Assembly: GCA_041675805.1 (NCBI GenBank)
Contig: JBAYTD010000001.1
Span: forward strand, 8,252-72,251
Direction: 5' to 3'
DNA length: 64,000 nt
Origin: Lysobacteraceae bacterium
GTDB taxonomy: Bacteria > Pseudomonadota > Gammaproteobacteria > Xanthomonadales > Xanthomonadaceae
Numbering within the stretch: position 1 is the stretch's first letter; every line of letters begins with the position of its first letter. Under the pieces are notes generated by a model. That model was not told the origin of the DNA. It saw only the letters and a list, made by a program, of their open reading frames with translations, and searched no databases. Both the position numbers and the translations under genes were made by a program. Of this stretch, positions 59,370 through 64,000 are shown piece after piece.

Positions 59370-60440
59370 ATGCGCAGCGCCTTTCCGACTTCTCCGCCGT
59401 CCGCCGTCGCCGGCCGCTCGCTGCGGCCCGGTCGGCGGGCGACACTGATGTTCCTGCTGGCGCTTCTGCCGGTGCTCCTGCCGGTGCTCTCGATCATGAC
59501 GTCCGCGATGGCGCAGCAACGCAATCCGCTCCAGACCATTGGCGAGACGGTCGCCGAGCGCGACTCGGCGCACTACCGTTTCGAGCGTTTCAGGGTTTCC
59601 AGCGCCGATGGCACGCGGACCTGGCGCATCCACCTCGGCATCCCGCGCAGCGAACCCCCGGCGAACGGCTGGCCGGCGTTCTGGATGCTCGACGGCAATG
59701 CCGCCCTGATCGAATTCGACGACGCCCTCTTGGCCGACCTCGCCGCCCGCCCGCTGCCGCAGGTGCTGGTGTTCGTCGGCTACGACAACGCGCTGCGCAT
59801 CGACTCCGCGCAGCGCAGCCGCGACTACACGCCGCAACTGACGCCGCAGGCACAGCGCGCCGAGGCGGCGCATCCGTTGACCGGCGGTGCCGACGCCTTC
59901 CTCGAACTGATCGAGCGCGACATCCGCATGCAGATTGCGCGACGGGTCCGCACCGATCCGGCGCGGCAGACGCTGTGGGGCCATTCGCTCGGCGGCCTGT
60001 TTGCCCTGCACGGCCTGTTCACCCGGCCCGGCGCGTTCCACACCTATGTCGCCGGCAGTCCGTCGATGTGGTGGCAGGACGGCTACATGGTCGCCCAGGC
60101 CGAGCGCTTCGCCAGCCACAACGCCGGCCGCCCGGCGCGCGTGCTGATCCATCTCGGCGCTGCCGAGCGCGCCGGTGATCGCGGCCGGCGGGATCTCGCC
60201 GATCCGCGCGTAGTGGCGCACCTGGCGCGTTTGCAGAGCGTGCCGCCGGATGCGGCGATGCGCTTGGCGCAGCGGCTGGCGAAACTGCCCGGCATCGAGG
60301 CCGGCTATCGCGAGTTCGGCGGCCTCGGTCACGGCCCGATGTTCCGCGCCTCGCTGATGGCCGCCCTGCACGCCGTGGCCGGGGTCGCCGACCGCAGCGC
60401 CACGCCGCGTCCCGCTGCGGCGGGCGACGCCTCGCCATGA
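59370..60440 (+). CDS. IroE/Fes-type siderophore esterase (alpha/beta hydrolase), exported or membrane anchored
   Basis: The start is tentative (ATG at 59370). Hydrophobic LMFLLALLPVLLPVL. WRIHLGIPRS...GWPAFWMLDGNA and the nucleophile elbow WGHSLGG are typical of the putative-esterase/IroE family. Confidence 0.75.
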   Translation: MRSAFPTSPPSAVAGRSLRPGRRATLMFLLALLPVLLPVLSIMTSAMAQQRNPLQTIGETVAERDSAHYRFERFRVSSADGTRTWRIHLGIPRSEPPANGWPAFWMLDGNAALIEFDDALLADLAARPLPQVLVFVGYDNALRIDSAQRSRDYTPQLTPQAQRAEAAHPLTGGADAFLELIERDIRMQIARRVRTDPARQTLWGHSLGGLFALHGLFTRPGAFHTYVAGSPSMWWQDGYMVAQAERFASHNAGRPARVLIHLGAAERAGDRGRRDLADPRVVAHLARLQSVPPDAAMRLAQRLAKLPGIEAGYREFGGLGHGPMFRASLMAALHAVAGVADRSATPRPAAAGDASP

Positions 60441-60514
60441 TTTTTTTCGCCGGTATCGGTCCGCCTCATCGCGCTCCCGAGCCGTCATTTTCCACCCGCA
60501 TCACGAGGTTCACC

Positions 60515-61912
60515 ATGCAAAGCAAGGCTTTCCGCTTCCCGCTGTCGCGCCTGCGCCTGGGCACGCTGGCGCTGGCACTGGCCGCCTTCGGCGCGCACGC
60601 CGAGGTGTCGGTATTCAGCCAGCCGGACAGCGATTTCAAGGGCATGATCCGGCCGATGACGCCCAATGTGCTGCCGGGCAGCGAGGTCGAGTTCCGTGGC
60701 ATGGGCTTCAAGCCCGGCCAGAAGGTGACCCTGTATCGCGGCAGCACCGCGCTCAACGTCGAGCCCTACGTGGCCGACGCCGAAGGCCGGCTCAGCGGCA
60801 AGTTCAACGTGCCTGCCGATGCCGTCGCCGCCCGCCATCCGATCATCCTGCGCGCCAGCGAACCGGACGCCGCTTCGGTGATCACGCTGAAGGTGTCGAA
60901 GGAAGTGCCGCAGTCCGGCGCGGAGAAATTCGACATCGTCGGCAAGCCGATCAGCCGCGGCCTGTACCAGTCCGCCTACAGTGGCAAGGAGAATGCGCTG
61001 TACGTGACGGCTTCCGGCGGCCACCACGTGCCGGTGACCCATTCCGAACTGCTCAAGGTCGATGCCGACAGTCTGGAGGTGCAGGCGAGGGTGACGCCGG
61101 CCGCCGTGCCGGGTCGCGACGATGGCCACGTCTACGCCGTTTATGGCGTCGGCGTCGATGATGTCAACGGCCATGTCTGGGTCACCAACACGGTGGAGAA
61201 CACCCTCGCGGTGTACCGCACCGGCGACCTGGCCCTGGTCAAGCAGTTCGCGCCCGGCGCGTTGCCGCACGGGCGCGACGTGATCGTCGACGGCAAACGC
61301 TCGCGCGTCTACGCCTCGCCGGTCGGCGAATCGAAGCTGGCGGTGTTCGACGCCAGGACGCTGGGGCCCTTGCCGGGCATCGAGATCGCCTCGCTGTCGC
61401 GGCGCGACAAGTTCAGCCCGTTCAGCCTGGCGCTGGACGAGGACAGCGGCCGCGTCTACACGGTCAGCTTCTCCACCGCCGAGGTCGCGGTGATCGACGG
61501 GGCCAGCGGCAAGGTGGAAAAGGTGCTGCCGCTGTCCAACGCCGCCAACGCCTCCGGCATCGCCTACGACAAGCACGCCAACCGCATCCTGGTCGCCGCC
61601 CAGGGCAGCGACAACCTGTTGATCATCGATGCCGACAGCGGCCAGACGCTGCACGATGTCTACGTCGGTGCCGGCGCGCTGAATGTCGTCTACGACCCGA
61701 AGGCCAAGCTCGCCTTCGTCAGCAACCGCGGTGCCGGCACGGTGACCGTGGTCGACAAGGACGGGAGCATCGTCGCCAATCTGGATGGCGGCAGCCTGCC
61801 CAACCATCTGCACGATGACGGTCGCGGCCATGTGTTCCTGGTCAACAAGGCGCGTGGCGCGGAAGACCCGCGCGGCGACCACCTGACCCGCTACACGCTG
61901 AAGGATCGCTGA
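60515..61912 (+). CDS. YncE-like / YVTN beta-propeller repeat protein with N-terminal Ig-like domain, exported
   Basis: 465 aa from the ATG at 60515. Signal peptide LALALAAFGAHA. Repeated propeller blades (...ALYVTAS..., HVWVTNTVENTLAVY, RVYASPVGESKLAVFD, RVYTVSFSTAEVAVID, ILVAAQGSDNLLIID, LAFVSNRGAGTVTVVD). Confidence 0.7.
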   Translation: MQSKAFRFPLSRLRLGTLALALAAFGAHAEVSVFSQPDSDFKGMIRPMTPNVLPGSEVEFRGMGFKPGQKVTLYRGSTALNVEPYVADAEGRLSGKFNVPADAVAARHPIILRASEPDAASVITLKVSKEVPQSGAEKFDIVGKPISRGLYQSAYSGKENALYVTASGGHHVPVTHSELLKVDADSLEVQARVTPAAVPGRDDGHVYAVYGVGVDDVNGHVWVTNTVENTLAVYRTGDLALVKQFAPGALPHGRDVIVDGKRSRVYASPVGESKLAVFDARTLGPLPGIEIASLSRRDKFSPFSLALDEDSGRVYTVSFSTAEVAVIDGASGKVEKVLPLSNAANASGIAYDKHANRILVAAQGSDNLLIIDADSGQTLHDVYVGAGALNVVYDPKAKLAFVSNRGAGTVTVVDKDGSIVANLDGGSLPNHLHDDGRGHVFLVNKARGAEDPRGDHLTRYTLKDR

Positions 61913-62096
61913 TTCGAGACGGCGCGTTCGAGACGGCGCGCGGACGCTTGCCGAAGGTGTATCGGTAAGCATTCCGCCAGCCGTTGGAATCCGCTCCGTA
62001 ACGCCGGGCGTTGCCAGCGCCCGGTGTCGTCGTTCATGGCGCGGACGGCTGTCGCCGGCAGCCGGTTCCGCGTGGATTTTCCCGGAAAAGTTCGTC

Positions 62097-63170
62097 ATGT
62101 CTGTCGCGTCTTCGTTCGCTCCTCTCCGCCTGTTGCCCTGGCTGCTCTGCCTGGCCGCCTGCGCCCCGGCCTCGCCGCCGCAAGCGCCGGACGCTGCGCC
62201 CGGCACCCCGGACCATTCCGCGCCGGCAGCGGCCGCCGAACTGCCGCAAGGCTGGCGACGGCTGGCCGGCACGCCGTTGCCGCCGATGCCGGCGACGCCG
62301 CCGACGCCGCCGCAACTGCCGGTCAGCGCGCCCTCGGATGATGGCGTCGTGCAGACCGTCACCGACATCCGCCGCACCATCGCCGGTGGCGATGACGTGA
62401 TCGCGGTGATGGAGGCGCTGGGCCTGGCGCAGAACGTCTATGCCGCGCCGCTGCGCTCGGCCACCGCCGCCGGTCGCGCCGCGCCACGGCAGTTCCTGTT
62501 CAACCGCAACACCGGCATCGAGGGCGTACTGAGCCTGGACGCTACCCTGTTCGTCGGCAACAGCCTGCGCCGTCACGCCGACAGCGGCCTCGCCGCGCGC
62601 CTGCGCGACGCCGGGCTCGCCGCCGTGGTGATCGACGACCTGCAACCGGCACCGGCCAAGATCCGCAAGACCGCCGCCGTGTTCGGCCTGGCCGGGCAGG
62701 GCGAGCAACTGGCGTCGCAGGTGCAGGCGCAACTGGACGAGGCGGCACGGATCGCCGCCGGCCATGCGCTGAAGCCACGGGTGATCCACGTTTCCGCCAG
62801 CGGTGCCGGCGGCCAGCCGACGGTCGGCGGCATCGACAGCGCGGCGGCGGAACTGATCCGCCTCGCCGGCGGCATCAACATCGGCGACGAGGCACGCGTC
62901 GCCAATTATTCCCGGCTCAGCAACGAGGGCGTCCTCGCCGCCAATCCGGATGTCATCCTGGTCACCGAGAACGACCTCGAACTGTTCGGCGGCGAAGCCG
63001 GGTTGTGGAAGGCCTATCCGACCCTGGCACAGACTCCGGCCGGCCTCGCCAACCGGGTCTGGGTGATGCCGGACATCCAGTTGAAGTCGCTCAGCGTCGC
63101 CTCCGGTGCCGGCGCGCTGGCACTGGCCGGAGCGCTGGCCGAACTGGCCGGGGAACTGGCCGCGCAATGA
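62097..63170 (+). CDS. ABC transporter periplasmic binding lipoprotein (iron-chelate/hemin HmuT-ChuT type) with Pro-rich tether
   Basis: 357 aa. Lipobox WLLCLAAC, about 70 aa of Pro/Ala-rich linker, then a class III PBP pattern (VIAVMEALGL..., ANPDVILV, RVWVMPD). Confidence 0.75.
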   Translation: MSVASSFAPLRLLPWLLCLAACAPASPPQAPDAAPGTPDHSAPAAAAELPQGWRRLAGTPLPPMPATPPTPPQLPVSAPSDDGVVQTVTDIRRTIAGGDDVIAVMEALGLAQNVYAAPLRSATAAGRAAPRQFLFNRNTGIEGVLSLDATLFVGNSLRRHADSGLAARLRDAGLAAVVIDDLQPAPAKIRKTAAVFGLAGQGEQLASQVQAQLDEAARIAAGHALKPRVIHVSASGAGGQPTVGGIDSAAAELIRLAGGINIGDEARVANYSRLSNEGVLAANPDVILVTENDLELFGGEAGLWKAYPTLAQTPAGLANRVWVMPDIQLKSLSVASGAGALALAGALAELAGELAAQ

Positions 63171-64000
63171 GTGCCGCGCGGCGCTCTGGACTGGTGCGCC
63201 GGCCGGACGGCCGCCTGCTGTTCGCCATCGCCGCCGCGCTGCTGCTGGTCGCCATCGTGCTGTCCTTCGGCATCGGTCCGCTGAAGGTCGCGCCGGGCAC
63301 CGTACTGCACGTGATCGGCCACCAACTGGGTCTGGCCGAGGCCGGCGAGTTGACCCAGCGCGACATCTCCGTGGTCTGGAACCTGCGCGTGCCGCGTGCC
63401 CTGCTCGGTGCCCTGGTCGGCGCTTCGTTGGCGATGGCCGGGGTCGCCCTGCAGGGCCTGTTCGGCAATCCGCTGGCCGATCCGGGCATCGTCGGCGTGA
63501 CCCAGGGCGCGGCACTGGGCGCAGTGGCCGCAATCGTCGTCGGTGCCACCGCGCTGGGCGGCTGGACCATTCCGCTGGCCGCCTTCCTCGGCGGCGTGGT
63601 CACCACCGCGCTGATCTACCTGCTGGCCCGGCCCGGTCGTGGCCAGGGCACGGCGACGCTGCTGCTGGTCGGCATCGCGGTCGGTGCCGGCTGCTCGGCC
63701 GCCATCGGCTTTTTCACCTACATCGCCAGCGACAGCGAACTGCAATCGCTGGTGTTCTGGCAGATGGGCTCGCTGGCCTCGGCCGAGTGGGGCGACCTGC
63801 ATGCCGCGCTGCCGGTGTTCGTGCTCGGCGCGCTGGCCCTGCTCGGCCTGGCGACGCCGCTGGACATGCTGGCGCTGGGCGAGCGCCAGGCGCAGCACAT
63901 CGGCCTCGACGTGAAGCGCACCCGCATCCTGCTGGTGGCCTTCAGCGCGCTGCTGGTCGGCTCGGCGGTGGCCTTCGCCGGCTCGGTCGGCTTCGTCGGC
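63167..64000 (+). CDS. FecCD-family iron-chelate ABC permease, 5' part (3' end outside window)
   Basis: Not in the ORF track because it has no stop in the window. My own translation from the ATG at 63167 (ATGA overlap with the binding-protein stop): MSAARRSGLVRRPDGRLLFAIAAALLLVAIVLSFGIGP...VWNLRVPRALLGALVGASLAMAGVALQGLFGNPLADPGIVGV. This is the FecCD signature. Confidence 0.85.
   Translation, partial: MSAARRSGLVRRPDGRLLFAIAAALLLVAIVLSFGIGPLKVAPGTVLHVIGHQLGLAEAGELTQRDISVVWNLRVPRALLGALVGASLAMAGVALQGLFGNPLADPGIVGVTQGAALGAVAAIVVGATALGGWTIPLAAFLGGVVTTALIYLLARPGRGQGTATLLLVGIAVGAGCSAAIGFFTYIASDSELQSLVFWQMGSLASAEWGDLHAALPVFVLGALALLGLATPLDMLALGERQAQHIGLDVKRTRILLVAFSALLVGSAVAFAGSVGFVG

Overview
Very GC-rich gammaproteobacterial chromosome segment. 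Gene content and synteny look Xanthomonadales/Lysobacterales-like (inference from memory, not searched). I support 46 protein-coding genes (two run off the window ends), one small ORF candidate and one gene fragment. I found no rRNA, tRNA, CRISPR array, transposase or integrase. Bases 1-52000 are mostly core metabolism and envelope genes: glnA 3' end, xthA, pyrE, a membrane-anchored PMM/PGM, dut-coaBC-radC, a tricorn-like protease, fbp, aceF-lpd, argS plus a SPOR protein, queH, an alanine symporter, hrpB, a cNMP-gated MscS channel, SulP, putA and mnmG. Interspersed are two TonB-dependent receptor loci (one with a strong Zur box and a His/Asp-rich loop), a vapBC module and several unassigned exported proteins. 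Bases 52000-64000 form an iron-acquisition island with two divergent units sharing one Fur-box promoter region. One unit is a translationally coupled operon: MFS, EntE-like, stand-alone aryl carrier protein, EntF-like NRPS. The other holds an IroE-like esterase, a YncE-like beta-propeller and a HmuT/FecCD-type ABC importer. Most notable observations: (1) the catecholate NRPS set has a serine Stachelhaus code but no DHB-biosynthesis, PPTase or MbtH genes in the window. (2) A segment built from REP-type hairpins is translated in frame inside hrpB and shares a 12-mer with intergenic repeats elsewhere in the window. (3) A lipoprotein is about one quarter tyrosine over 164 residues. (4) Two intergenic sigma54-like -24/-12 motifs occur, one facing an orphan 420-bp spacer; both are weak evidence, because an equal match lies inside xthA. 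(5) A nitrilase-superfamily N-terminal remnant sits between aceF and lpd. The many long alternative-frame and antisense ORFs in the track are high-GC artefacts. I found no clear self-contained novel multi-gene system.
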